This document shows, piece after piece, positions 1 to 9,061 of a DNA stretch of 64,000 bases (positions are counted from its first letter, which is position 1; each line of letters begins with the position of its first letter). The stretch lies in contig JBILLK010000017.1 of NCBI GenBank assembly GCA_044376115.1, positions 32,001 to 96,000 on the forward strand, read 5' to 3'. The notes under the pieces are model-generated. The model was not told the origin of the DNA, searched no databases, and saw only the letters and a program-made list of their open reading frames with translations. A program made the position numbers and the translations under genes. Origin of the DNA: Polyangiaceae bacterium (GTDB lineage: Bacteria; Myxococcota_A; Polyangia; Polyangiales; Polyangiaceae).

Positions 1-1
1 C

Positions 2-220
2 GTTGAACGGTGTCTACGCAAACACCCGCGGAACCGATACAAGGACATGGGAGCGCTGCTTCGCGATTTGGATGCAATCGCAGAGGGCCAGGAGCCGGAG
101 GCCTCGACGATCGAAGCGCCCACTGACGACGTCTATGTTCCGCAAGGGCCCTTCGCGCAGCTCGCGACGAAAGCGCTCTATCGGCGGCTCAACGTGCCTC
201 TACCTACTAATCTGATTTGA
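2..220 (+). CDS. C-terminal end of a Ser/Thr protein kinase (5' truncated by window edge)
   Basis: Frame 2, not in the ORF track, reads VERCLRKHPRNRYKDMGALLRDLDAI... to TGA at 218-220. This matches Hanks kinase subdomain XI (xxRCLxKxPxxRY). Confidence 0.75.
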   Translation, partial: VERCLRKHPRNRYKDMGALLRDLDAIAEGQEPEASTIEAPTDDVYVPQGPFAQLATKALYRRLNVPLPTNLI

Positions 221-224
221 TCCC

Positions 225-1230
225 ATGGGCGTGTCGACTCCGCGGCTCGTGAGCGTGTGTTGGTGCGCGCTGGCGCTGAGCTCGGGAGCTAAACTGCGAG
301 ACCACCTGGGACTATCAACCCCTTTCGCCGAAGGAGCGTGAAGTTTGTCTCACTTCCGTGGACATCGCTGAGAGCTTCACGCAGAGCTGGGCGGCCGAGT
401 TCCGCCGAGAATGGGAGGAGGGCCCAATGTCGCCTCCGTCGGCGGCGGCCAAGCCAGCTTCGCCCTCGAAGGTGAAGACGGCGTGTTCGAGTTGTTGATT
501 CCACTCGAGGCACTACCGATGGCTTCACAGTCCCCGGTCACCGCGGCTTTGGTGGTGGTTCACGCGAAGGGAAAGCCAAAGGGCGGCCCGCCATCCCAGG
601 TGACCTTCGGAGATGGGGTTTCCTTTGGCAAACGGGCTGCACTCAGAAAGCTCGCGCTCGAGGAGTGGCACACCAACATCCTCGAAGGCGCAGCTGCGGT
701 GGGGTATCGGCTTGGTGACGATTTGCACTGGACCCTTGCGCAGCGAGCCCCGGGCTGGCTCAGCTATCAGCGTCGTGACGAACTCTTGCTCGAGGTACTC
801 ACCAACCACAACGGGGCAACGGTGGGAACGCTCTTCGCGGGGCTGAGGAGACTAGCTTGCATCGCCGCGGACGGCTCTGTCCTTGGGTTCGAGCCAGATC
901 TTCGGGGAAGCGTGGTGGAGACGGTAAAGCGCGGCGAGGACCTGCACATTTTTAACTACGATAGCTATCCCGATGAGATGGGGCGGCAAGGTAGCCAGCT
1001 GGCATGTCTACCTCATTGATAGAGAGGGTAGTATTGGCTCGCTGGTGCTCGCGACGCCTGTCCACAGCTGGACGTCCGTAACGAAGTTTCATACGCGAGG
1101 GATGCGGACGTTTGGGCTCGTTGGCAGCGCAAACGGATTTGCCGAGGGAGGAACGCCCGGGGTCCAGATATCCTTTCGATTTAGCGAAGCAGAAGGCTAC
1201 GTTCCGTCTAGCAGCGGGCTTCCAGACTGA
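225..1230 (+). pseudogene. Probably frameshifted exported protein (fragments 225-341, ~358-420, 411-1019, 973-1230)
   Basis: Signal-like start MGVSTPRLVSVCWCALAL at 225. Protein-like text continues across frames; removing one G from ATGGGG at ~978-983 joins 411-1019 (..DSYPDEM) to 973-1230 (GGKVASWHVYLID..). Confidence 0.45.
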
Positions 1231-1340
1231 CTTCGGCGTGCCGGTCTTTTCGGCGGCGTGCAGTGTGGCGTTAACTCCCGATTGGATGCGGTGTGACTCT
1301 TGTTCTCGCCGCCTGCCCCGCTCTGTGGCAAAACGGCGCC

Positions 1341-1793
1341 ATGTACGCGTGGCTGTTGGTCGTCGCCCTCTCACTTGGGGCTACGGCATGCTCGCGTAGC
1401 TACCGCGTAGGGGACGAGGTCATGGTGGAGTGGGAGGGGAAGGAATACCCAGCCGTCATTCTCTCCGCTCAGGGTCCGGCAAAGTTCAAAGTCCACTACG
1501 AAGGCTACGACGACACCTGGGATGAGCTCATTCCCAAAGCCAGACTCAAGGGCTTCCGCACGGGCAGTGAACCTCGACCAGAACCACCTGCGAAGGTCCG
1601 ACAGAAGGCGTTGGAGGCGGCCCAGACGAACACCTATCGAGTGGGAGACCGCGTCCGAGTAGAGTGGCGTGACCGCCTGTACTCGGCGCAGATCGTTGAT
1701 GTGGTCGGGAAGGAACGCTATCGCGTGCACTATGATGGCTATGGCTCCGAGTTTGATGAAAATGTCGGCTTAGCAAGGATTCAAGCTCGGTGA
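1341..1793 (+). CDS. Lipoprotein with two Tudor/Agenet (Tudor-knot-like) domains
   Basis: Lipobox-like LGATAC. Two repeats: YRVGDEVMVEWEGKEYPAVILS..FKVHYEGYDDTWDE and YRVGDRVRVEWRDRLYSAQIVD..YRVHYDGYGSEFDE. Confidence 0.8.
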   Translation: MYAWLLVVALSLGATACSRSYRVGDEVMVEWEGKEYPAVILSAQGPAKFKVHYEGYDDTWDELIPKARLKGFRTGSEPRPEPPAKVRQKALEAAQTNTYRVGDRVRVEWRDRLYSAQIVDVVGKERYRVHYDGYGSEFDENVGLARIQAR

Positions 1794-2050
1794 GCTACCA
1801 CCGCGGGCTACTGGCGTTCTTGACCGGATGCCACCTCATCGCTGGCACTCCGGACTTCAAGGATCAACCAAGTGCTGGGGCAGGCGGTCAGGGTGCCGCA
1901 GGCGGTCAGGGTGCCGCAGGCGGTCAGGGTGCCGCAGGCGGTCAGGGCGCCGCAGCTGGGCAGGGCGCCGCAGCTGGTCAGGGTGCCGCAGCTGGTCAGG
2001 GTGCCGCAGGCGGTCAGGGTGAGCAAGCCGCTGGGGCCGGCGGCATATGA
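1790..2050 (+). CDS. Small putative lipoprotein with GQGAA(G/A) repeats
   Basis: GTG start overlaps the previous stop; LLAFLTGC lipobox; stop overlaps the next ATG (ATGA). Confidence 0.55.
   Translation: MSYHRGLLAFLTGCHLIAGTPDFKDQPSAGAGGQGAAGGQGAAGGQGAAGGQGAAAGQGAAAGQGAAAGQGAAGGQGEQAAGAGGI
1883..2020 (+). repeat. 18-bp tandem repeat, 7 full copies plus a partial copy (consensus GGCGGTCAGGGTGCCGCA)
   Basis: Read directly; variant units are GCTGGGCAGGGCGCCGCA and GCTGGTCAGGGTGCCGCA. Confidence 0.95.
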
Positions 2051-3051
2051 AACCCGTCTTGTACCGCGCCGCGCTCTTTTCCTTCTTGGCCATCAACGTA
2101 TTCATCAGTTCGGCCTCAGCTGCGGAGCCGGCCACAGAGCCGGAGCGCCCCAATAAGGTAGGGGAGCTTACGGCAGAGGCGGATAAAGCACTAGCAGAAG
2201 GCCGTGTCGAAAGAGCATGCCGTAGCTTTGAAGAGGCGCTGACCCTGACTCGAACGGCGGAACTCCTCATTAGCGCGGGCAAGTGTCAGCAGCTCCTTGG
2301 AAAAACGGCGAGCGCTTGGCGGCATTTTACCTCCGCAACGATCCTGGCCGGCAGCGCGTCAGATACAACACTAGAAGACCGCGCCCGTGAACTCGCAAGC
2401 CGTCTAGCTCCGCGACTCAGCAAGCTGAGAATCGATGTACTCGCGCCCCTTCCTGAGCAGCGGGTCGAGTGCAATGGCGTCGTCATTCCCAGAACCGAAT
2501 GGGGAGTGCTCACACCTGTAGACCCAGGGGAACTTCATTGCCTCGCCTCGGCGCCAGGGCGCACTGCCTCTGATCTCCAGCTCACCATCGGCGCTGAAGC
2601 GGATATTCGCGTATTGATTATTCCGCAGCTGAAGGAGGTTACGAAACAGCCTCCACCGCCGCAATCAACGCCGCCCACCAGCGAGCAGCAACCCCAAGAA
2701 CCCAAGAGCCCCGTGGGGGTCATCGCTTTCGTGACCACAGCCGTCGGGGTCGTCGGTATTGGAACAGGCATTGCGTTCGGAGTAATGACCCTGATTGAAG
2801 TGGGGGACGCCGAGGAGAACCCACTCTTGTGTCCCAACAAGCTTTGCACCAAGGCGGGTCGCATCGCGATCGACGAGGCTGAGGCAAAGGGAATTACCTC
2901 CACCGTCGCGTTCACAGTAGGTGGGCTAGGGCTCGCTACCGGGGCAACCCTCTTCTTGCTTCGTGAGTTCGGAATCATTGGAACCCAGCGACCAGCCGTC
3001 GCTCCGGTCGTCGGGTACGGCTCGTTGGGGTTGGAAGTCGCCTTCGACTAA
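2047..3051 (+). CDS. Exported TPR/PEGA-like protein with C-terminal hydrophobic segments (myxobacterial type)
   Basis: Signal peptide; TPR-like ACRSFEEAL..AGKCQQLLGKTASAW; PVDPGE beta domain; Pro-rich linker; TM segments; C-terminal GLEVAFD. Confidence 0.7.
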   Translation: MKPVLYRAALFSFLAINVFISSASAAEPATEPERPNKVGELTAEADKALAEGRVERACRSFEEALTLTRTAELLISAGKCQQLLGKTASAWRHFTSATILAGSASDTTLEDRARELASRLAPRLSKLRIDVLAPLPEQRVECNGVVIPRTEWGVLTPVDPGELHCLASAPGRTASDLQLTIGAEADIRVLIIPQLKEVTKQPPPPQSTPPTSEQQPQEPKSPVGVIAFVTTAVGVVGIGTGIAFGVMTLIEVGDAEENPLLCPNKLCTKAGRIAIDEAEAKGITSTVAFTVGGLGLATGATLFLLREFGIIGTQRPAVAPVVGYGSLGLEVAFD

Positions 3052-3105
3052 CCTAGCATGCAGTAAGGCTGCGGTCGGGGGGGCCTGGTCGCAAGAAGGG
3101 CACGT

Positions 3106-4614
3106 ATGACCAGCTTGCGAGAGTTTCTCGACAACCTAACCAATGACCAATTGGTCGACCGACTCAACCTTGCGCTCGATGGCGCGAGCCTAGGCATCTG
3201 GGATTGGGATTTACGGGACAACACCGTGCAGTTCGACCGGCGTTGGTGTGAGATGCTCGGGCTCGATCACGCAACCACGCCGATGCGGCTCGAGACCTGG
3301 TCGTCTCGCGCACACCCAGAGGACCTTGCGCAGTGCTACGCGGATATAACGGCGCACCTCGAAGGGCGCACGGATCGCTATGAGAATATCCACCGCATGC
3401 GGCATGAGAATGGATCGTGGGTCTACATACTTGACCGCGGACGTATCTCTGCACGGGATGAGCACGGCAAGCCTATTCGCTTTACCGGCACCCACTTCGA
3501 CGTAACAGCTACAGAAGAGGCGCGCCGAGTGATTCAGCAGCAAAAGCGCCTGCTACGACAGCTGATCGAGGCGCTTCCCACGGCGATGGTCATGTTAGAC
3601 CGTGATTTACATATTCTGTCCGTCAGTGATACGTGGACAAGCACTTATGGCAATGGGGGCCCAGAGCCGATTGGCAAGTCCCTCGAAGAAGCGGCGCCGT
3701 CCATCGCTCGCCACTGGGCAGTTCCACTTCGTCAAGCCCTCACTGGTATACCACTAACCGCAGAAGAAGAAGTCACCAGTATGCCTGGAGGCCCTCAGTG
3801 GCTGCGCTGGGACGCAAGACCTTGGAAGACAATCAATGGTGACTTTGGGGGCGTACTACTGTCCTTAGAGGACATCACGGAACGCGTTAGCCGTCGGCAA
3901 GCCGAGGATCGTGAGCGTGACGCACGCATTGCTTCACTTGCGTTGTTTGCTGGTGGGATCTCCCATGAGATTAATAGTCCTCTACAAATCATACTCTCCG
4001 AGGTGGAGATCATTGAAGAAGAGCTCAAGCAGGCTGACGCTGCCAACTCGGAGGTCCGCGAGAGTATGGCGGTGATCGGCCAAACGACCCGCCGAACAGC
4101 AGCTATTGCAAGGGCGCTGCGCAATCTCTCGCGAGACGCGCGGCAGGACCCACTTTCCGCAGTACGGGTGTCCGATCTGTTTTGCGATGCCGATGCCTTG
4201 TGTCGCAAGCGCATGGAGAGCAGTGGGGTGAGCTTGACCTTGGTGCCTCCAGAGGCCGAGCTATTCGTTGCCGGAAGAACCGCTGAGCTGTTGCACATCC
4301 TGCTCAACATTTTGAACAATGGTGGCGACGCCGCCTTGCTCGGCGACCCCTGGGTCCGTCTCGAAACACGGTTTGACGACACGCGCGTCCGGTTTCAATG
4401 TATCGACGGTGGACCGGGTATCCCGCACGAGAACCGCAAGCGACTAATGGATCCATTCTTTACAACCAAGGCACCAGGGCGCGGTACCGGCCTAGGGCTA
4501 AGTATCGCCAATGCGCTAGCCCGCAGGAACCGCGGGATCCTCGAGCTGGTTGATGACCACAATACGACGTTCGAACTGAGGCTGGAGCGAGTTCGCGCAA
4601 CGGGGCCTGAGTAG
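3106..4614 (+). CDS. PAS/PAC sensor histidine kinase (cytoplasmic)
   Basis: GIWDWD/HPED PAS-PAC; H-box [13 protein letters not shown]-box NILNNG; DGGPGI; PFFTTK; GTGLGL. Confidence 0.95.
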   Translation: MTSLREFLDNLTNDQLVDRLNLALDGASLGIWDWDLRDNTVQFDRRWCEMLGLDHATTPMRLETWSSRAHPEDLAQCYADITAHLEGRTDRYENIHRMRHENGSWVYILDRGRISARDEHGKPIRFTGTHFDVTATEEARRVIQQQKRLLRQLIEALPTAMVMLDRDLHILSVSDTWTSTYGNGGPEPIGKSLEEAAPSIARHWAVPLRQALTGIPLTAEEEVTSMPGGPQWLRWDARPWKTINGDFGGVLLSLEDITERVSRRQAEDRERDARIASLALFAGGISHEINSPLQIILSEVEIIEEELKQADAANSEVRESMAVIGQTTRRTAAIARALRNLSRDARQDPLSAVRVSDLFCDADALCRKRMESSGVSLTLVPPEAELFVAGRTAELLHILLNILNNGGDAALLGDPWVRLETRFDDTRVRFQCIDGGPGIPHENRKRLMDPFFTTKAPGRGTGLGLSIANALARRNRGILELVDDHNTTFELRLERVRATGPE

Positions 4615-4619
4615 GTTCG

Positions 4620-4997
4620 TTGCTAAGGATCCTCATCGTCGATGATGAGCCGCTGTTGGTGCGCGCCCTCGAGCGACTACTGACGAGGGCCGGATTTGAG
4701 ACCCTATCTGCAGGCGACGGTAGGGCAGCGCTCGATTTGGTCGCGCAATACGACTTCGCGTTGGTCTTGTGCGACGTGCGTATGCCCGTACTCGACGGAG
4801 TCGGTCTGTTACGAGCGCTTGGTAGGCGGGGCCCACCGGTTGTCATGCTCACCGGCTACGGAGATGAGTCCGATCAAGCGCTGCGAGATCTCGGCGCAAA
4901 AGCTGTCCTCGGTAAGCCTGTGACGCTCGCTACCCTGAAGGAGGTCATCGCGGAATTCGCGAGCACGCAACCGCCTCAACCACAGGGCAACCGATAA
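4620..4997 (+). CDS. Single-domain response regulator (CheY-like)
   Basis: [23 protein letters not shown] motifs. Confidence 0.93.
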   Translation: MLRILIVDDEPLLVRALERLLTRAGFETLSAGDGRAALDLVAQYDFALVLCDVRMPVLDGVGLLRALGRRGPPVVMLTGYGDESDQALRDLGAKAVLGKPVTLATLKEVIAEFASTQPPQPQGNR

Positions 4998-6185
4998 CAA
5001 CGCAATAGCCCATACCGTCAGTTTATCTCTTCGCCCCAACGCTGAACGACGAACCGAACACCCCTCGACCTCCGGAGCGCTTGGCGCGGCAGCCGACTCG
5101 ACCTCGATCCAAACTTCCAAGTCCTTTACGTAGGTATTCCCGTTACGACCGCCAAGCACGAGAATCGAGCAATCGGCGAGACGCAGCGCGGTCTGCTCGA
5201 GGCGGCCCAACACCATCGGTTCCGCAGCTAAAAAGGCTGCTGACCCCGGCAACAGCCGCTGAGAGGAGACAACCGGAACTTCACCACGAAAGCCCGCACT
5301 CACCACGACTCCACCATCACAATCCAACGTGACTGAGGGCTGGGTTCGGGGGTCACCAAGAGCTGGCCCTACACCGCTGGTACCGCTAAAAGGCTCGAAC
5401 CATTCCGTCGAAGAGAGGGCGCCGCCAACGTTTTGCCCGCCGACGAGAAGCACTCGCCCGTCAGACAACGGAGTTGCGCCATGAAACCATCTGGCCGACT
5501 GCAAAGGCTCCTCGACGCTAACGACATGGGTATCGGGGTGATACCGCTCTACGAGGTCGAGCGCAGCGATCCCGTCAAAACCGCCCGCGAGGAGCACGCT
5601 TCCATCCTCCAACACGGTCGCAGAATGCCGCGCGCGTGCCAGACTCATCTCGGCGACGGTCGACCATAGGTCACGCGCAGGGTCATAGAGTTCTACCGAC
5701 TTGACCATGCCTCCGTTGTTGTAGCCGCCTGACACGAGCAGTTTGCCATCCTCCAAAATGGTAGCGGCATGCCCTATGCGTGCCTCCGCCATCGGCGCAG
5801 CCTCCGACCACGTCTCTTCGTTAGCGTCGTATCGCTCTACCGAAGGCAGGTAATTAGCCATGCCGTAGCCGCCAACCACGAGCACGTCTCCGCTCTGTAG
5901 CACGTGCGCCGTATGGCTGTGGCGCGCCGTCGACAGGGACGCTGAACTGCGCGTGGCCTGGGTCTGTGGCTCATAAACCTCCACAGACTCGAGATAACCA
6001 CTATCGTTGTAGCCCCCGACAATCAGGACTTCGCCAGTCGCCGAAAGCAAGGTGCTCGTGTGCAACGTACGCGCCGTTCCCAGTTGGCCAGCCAGTTGCC
6101 AAGCTGGTTGCGCGTTGGCCACCGACGCCAGCGGAACCGCAATCAATAGCGCCGAGAGTCCGAGCAGCGCGCGCGACGCGTTCAT
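4809..6185 (-). CDS. Secreted Kelch-repeat beta-propeller protein with MYXO-CTERM-like tail
   Basis: Signal peptide; about six RxxHxATxLxDGxVLxxGG repeats; GCSV...[16 protein letters not shown]. The ORF runs on into the convergent gene. Confidence 0.88.
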   Translation of the reverse strand: MNASRALLGLSALLIAVPLASVANAQPAWQLAGQLGTARTLHTSTLLSATGEVLIVGGYNDSGYLESVEVYEPQTQATRSSASLSTARHSHTAHVLQSGDVLVVGGYGMANYLPSVERYDANEETWSEAAPMAEARIGHAATILEDGKLLVSGGYNNGGMVKSVELYDPARDLWSTVAEMSLARARHSATVLEDGSVLLAGGFDGIAALDLVERYHPDTHVVSVEEPLQSARWFHGATPLSDGRVLLVGGQNVGGALSSTEWFEPFSGTSGVGPALGDPRTQPSVTLDCDGGVVVSAGFRGEVPVVSSQRLLPGSAAFLAAEPMVLGRLEQTALRLADCSILVLGGRNGNTYVKDLEVWIEVESAAAPSAPEVEGCSVRRSALGRRDKLTVWAIALLSVALWLRRLRAREFRDDLLQGSERHRLTEDSFCAEISQRLIGLISVAGEHDNRWAPPTKRS

Positions 6186-6466
6186 CCTGCGCCGACCTTC
6201 GCACCAAAGCGTTTAGCGTTGCGCACGCGCGCCTTCTGCAGCTCGAACTCTCGCGTGCGCGGGGGGCCGTGGACCTCAAAACTGGCGAGGAGCTTCCGAG
6301 TAGCTTCCGTGATTTCCTGCACGGCTTGGTCGAACGCAGCCACGTTCGTTCGAGGCGGCTTTCGCGTGCCGCTGACCTTGCGGACGTACTGAATCGCTGC
6401 CGCCGCGATCTCATCGTCCGTCGTCGGTGGCTCAAAGTTCAGAAGAACTCGGATGTTGCGGCACAT
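6182..6466 (-). CDS. DUF2277 family protein
   Basis: MCRNIRVLLNFEPPTTDDEIAAAAIQYVRKVSG matches the family's N-terminal signature as I recall it. Confidence 0.85.
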   Translation of the reverse strand: MCRNIRVLLNFEPPTTDDEIAAAAIQYVRKVSGTRKPPRTNVAAFDQAVQEITEATRKLLASFEVHGPPRTREFELQKARVRNAKRFGAKVGAG

Positions 6467-6522
6467 TCGGCAAATGTACCGCATCGCAATCGTTCTGAGG
6501 TTTGTTAAGGTCCCTGGCACGC

Positions 6523-7158
6523 ATGTCGAAGCGCGCACTCACCCTCCTCCATGACGAGCTAGACGCCTGCCGGCGGTGCCCTGAAATGATCGGGCCCGTC
6601 GTCCACGGGCCTGCCGTCATGAGTCGCGTTCTTCTGGTTGGCCAGGCGCCTGGCCCACACGAAGGAAAGTTCGGTAAGCCCTTTGCGTGGACAGCGGGCA
6701 AGACGCTCTTTCGCTGGTTCACTCAGGCTACCGGTGCAGAGGAGGAAGCCGTGCGCCGCGCGGTCTACTTTGCTGCCGTCAATCGCTGCTTTCCAGGGAA
6801 AGCCAAGGGCGGTGGGGATCGCCGACCAAGCCCCGATGAGATAGCCAACTGCAGGCCCTTCCTGGTTGGCGAAGTGAAGGCACTCAAACCGCGACTCGTC
6901 ATTCCAGTTGGGACGATGGCTATCGCAGAGGTCCTCGGCCACACAGGCCCACTGACCGAGGTTGTAGGCAAGGTGCTCCAGACCCGATATCACGACCAAG
7001 AGACAGCGGTGATCGCGCTACCGCACCCTAGCGGAGCATCGACCTGGCACAAGCGTGAGCCGGGGATGGCGCTGCTTGCTAATGCACTGGAACTGCTCGG
7101 CGCCCACGACGTGATGCAGGGGGAGCTGAAGCGGCTAGCGAATGTGAACAGCGCATAA
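6523..7158 (+). CDS. Uracil-DNA glycosylase superfamily protein (family 4/5-like)
   Basis: CRRC; VGQAPG; AVNRCFPGK..GDRRP..EIANC; LPHPSGAS. Confidence 0.9.
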   Translation: MSKRALTLLHDELDACRRCPEMIGPVVHGPAVMSRVLLVGQAPGPHEGKFGKPFAWTAGKTLFRWFTQATGAEEEAVRRAVYFAAVNRCFPGKAKGGGDRRPSPDEIANCRPFLVGEVKALKPRLVIPVGTMAIAEVLGHTGPLTEVVGKVLQTRYHDQETAVIALPHPSGASTWHKREPGMALLANALELLGAHDVMQGELKRLANVNSA

Positions 7159-7685
7159 TGAAAGGGACGCATCAGTACCTGTTCTTGCGCGCGGGTATCG
7201 AACGCGAGGCGATAGACGAGGTAATGCTCGAGTTGGGCCTCGTCCTCATCAATGTCATTCGGGCGTCGAGCGATCGCCCAGGGCAACTCGTGGGCAGAAC
7301 CTCGAGCGGCACTACGACTGTCCAGTTCGTCGACGATCAGCGCCTTGGCCTCTATTACGCTATCGCTGCGGGAGGCGACTCGGTAGAGGTCGCCAATGCG
7401 CTACGGCAGCGCTTGAGCAATCCCGACGCTGAAGTGGAGCCCCGACGACGTCTCGCAATCGCTGCACTGTCGAAGGATGAAGACACCGCTGTGGAGCTCC
7501 TGGACGAGATACTGCAAAGCCCGCAACTGGCGGATCGCGCTTTTGGCTGCGTGGCGGCTTCGTATTTGGGGTGCGCACGAATCCAGCGCATTGCGCAGCA
7601 CGCGTCACTACGCGAAGCGAACGCTCAACTCAGGGTCGCCCTCAATGCACTAGCGAGCAAGATCACTACGAGCGAGGAACCATGA
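7158..7685 (+). CDS. Hypothetical protein, helical (HEAT-like) C-terminus
   Basis: Translationally coupled on both sides (TAATG, ATGA); no family recognised. Confidence 0.6.
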   Translation: MKGTHQYLFLRAGIEREAIDEVMLELGLVLINVIRASSDRPGQLVGRTSSGTTTVQFVDDQRLGLYYAIAAGGDSVEVANALRQRLSNPDAEVEPRRRLAIAALSKDEDTAVELLDEILQSPQLADRAFGCVAASYLGCARIQRIAQHASLREANAQLRVALNALASKITTSEEP

Positions 7686-9061
7686 ACTACGAGCGTCCGC
7701 GGCTTGCCGTGCACGTACTCCCCCGGAGACATCTCATCGATGGGGAGGAGGTCGTCGTGCTCCACAACGCAAGAAACGGCGAGCTGCTCAAACTACCCAC
7801 GGAGCTTTACGCGCTCGTAGACTATGCCGACGGGACCCGAGATCTCGACGGCATAGCCCTCGCTGCCTCCCGCGACGGTCGCTTCACGAGGATGAGCGTT
7901 ATCGCTTCACTGATGGAGACGTTGAACAGCTACGGGGCCCTCGCCGACGGCATTGAGCCTGCCGAGCCTGCCGTCACGACAGCTCGCATCCTGACAATGG
8001 ACGGGTCGAGCTTTCCAGATCTTCCGCTCGAGAGACTCGAGGGGCATCGATTCTCTTGTACCGGCGCGGGCTCTTGCTGCGCTCAGTACGCAACGATCGG
8101 GGTTACGGCTGACGACCTGATTCGGGCGCGCAGAGCGGGACTTCAGACGCTGCCAGAAGACCATCGCGAAGAGCGTGTCGTCTTACCGCTCTATGGCGGA
8201 GCTTTTCGACAGGCGATGACGCTGGTGGACGGCCGTTGCCTTCAACTTACCGCGGATAGCCAATGCGGACTCCACCGTCGTGGAGGTCCCTCCGCCAAGC
8301 CGGTAGCCTGCGCAGCTTTCCCAGCAGTCTTGGTAGAGGATGGCGAGAAGGTTCGCCTCTCGGCCGCACTCGAATGTGACTGCGTCTTCCATTCGCGAGA
8401 CGAGTCGGAGGGCGCCAGCTTGCTTCCGATGAGCAGCTCGCTGCACCAGTTGCCTGCGGGTTTGACAGTTCGTCGCTTACCCCGAGACCTCGAGCTCACT
8501 GCCTCCCGTACCGTGCCCACTGCGACCTACGCCCAGTGGTCGAAGGATTTGCTCCCGACGACGAATGCTCCGTGGGCTTGCGCTACGCTGGCGGCCGGTC
8601 TCGCCGAACGCGGACTGCGCGATCTAGGCACGAGTGAACGAGACGAGAGCCTGCGAGCTCCGGCGCTTTCAGCTCTGCGATCGGCTCTTCGAGTTTACTT
8701 AGCAGCCATGGACCAAGCAGCCGAGTCCAGCAATGCTTGGAGGAGCCCCAAGGATCGCACGCGGCTACTGAGAAGTACGATCGCGCAAGCTGCGCGCTCG
8801 CTGCAAGACCCAAACAAGTTCCAAACGCTACTCTCACGCGAGCAAAGCAGCGATGAAGCGTTCACGCTGCGGATGAGCCTGTTTGGCTATCACCTCGTAG
8901 GTGAGCGTCCTTTCGCCGAAACGTTGGTCGAGTTAGCGGTCGCATTCCTCGTTGCCCGGGAGCTCTTGGAGTTGAACGCGCCCGTGGGCCATCCAATCGC
9001 GGCCGTCCTGGCCTGTGGGCGCGGAACACAACCAAAGTCGAATAGCGATGCCCAGTTCTGA
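7682..9061 (+). CDS. PqqD/RRE-like domain fused to YkgJ/FliB-like cysteine-cluster domain
   Basis: N-terminal VVLHNARNGELLKL..LVDYADGTRDLDGI..LMETLNSYGAL; then FSCTGAGSCC, GRCLQL..QCGLH..KPVACAAFP, LECDC. Confidence 0.75.
   Translation: MNYERPRLAVHVLPRRHLIDGEEVVVLHNARNGELLKLPTELYALVDYADGTRDLDGIALAASRDGRFTRMSVIASLMETLNSYGALADGIEPAEPAVTTARILTMDGSSFPDLPLERLEGHRFSCTGAGSCCAQYATIGVTADDLIRARRAGLQTLPEDHREERVVLPLYGGAFRQAMTLVDGRCLQLTADSQCGLHRRGGPSAKPVACAAFPAVLVEDGEKVRLSAALECDCVFHSRDESEGASLLPMSSSLHQLPAGLTVRRLPRDLELTASRTVPTATYAQWSKDLLPTTNAPWACATLAAGLAERGLRDLGTSERDESLRAPALSALRSALRVYLAAMDQAAESSNAWRSPKDRTRLLRSTIAQAARSLQDPNKFQTLLSREQSSDEAFTLRMSLFGYHLVGERPFAETLVELAVAFLVARELLELNAPVGHPIAAVLACGRGTQPKSNSDAQF

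Noticed and set aside
3..215. 70-aa ORF from the track
   Set aside because: The overlapping frame-2 reading gives a recognisable kinase C-terminus, so this frame is a shadow.
1883..2020. Repeat array as a possible CRISPR
   Set aside because: Units are 18 bp, directly adjacent with no unique spacers, in frame within a CDS, and no cas genes are present.
6182..6466. DUF2277 ORF as the RiPP precursor for the RRE-like protein
   Set aside because: It looks like a widespread folded family, is divergently oriented and has no leader/core pattern.
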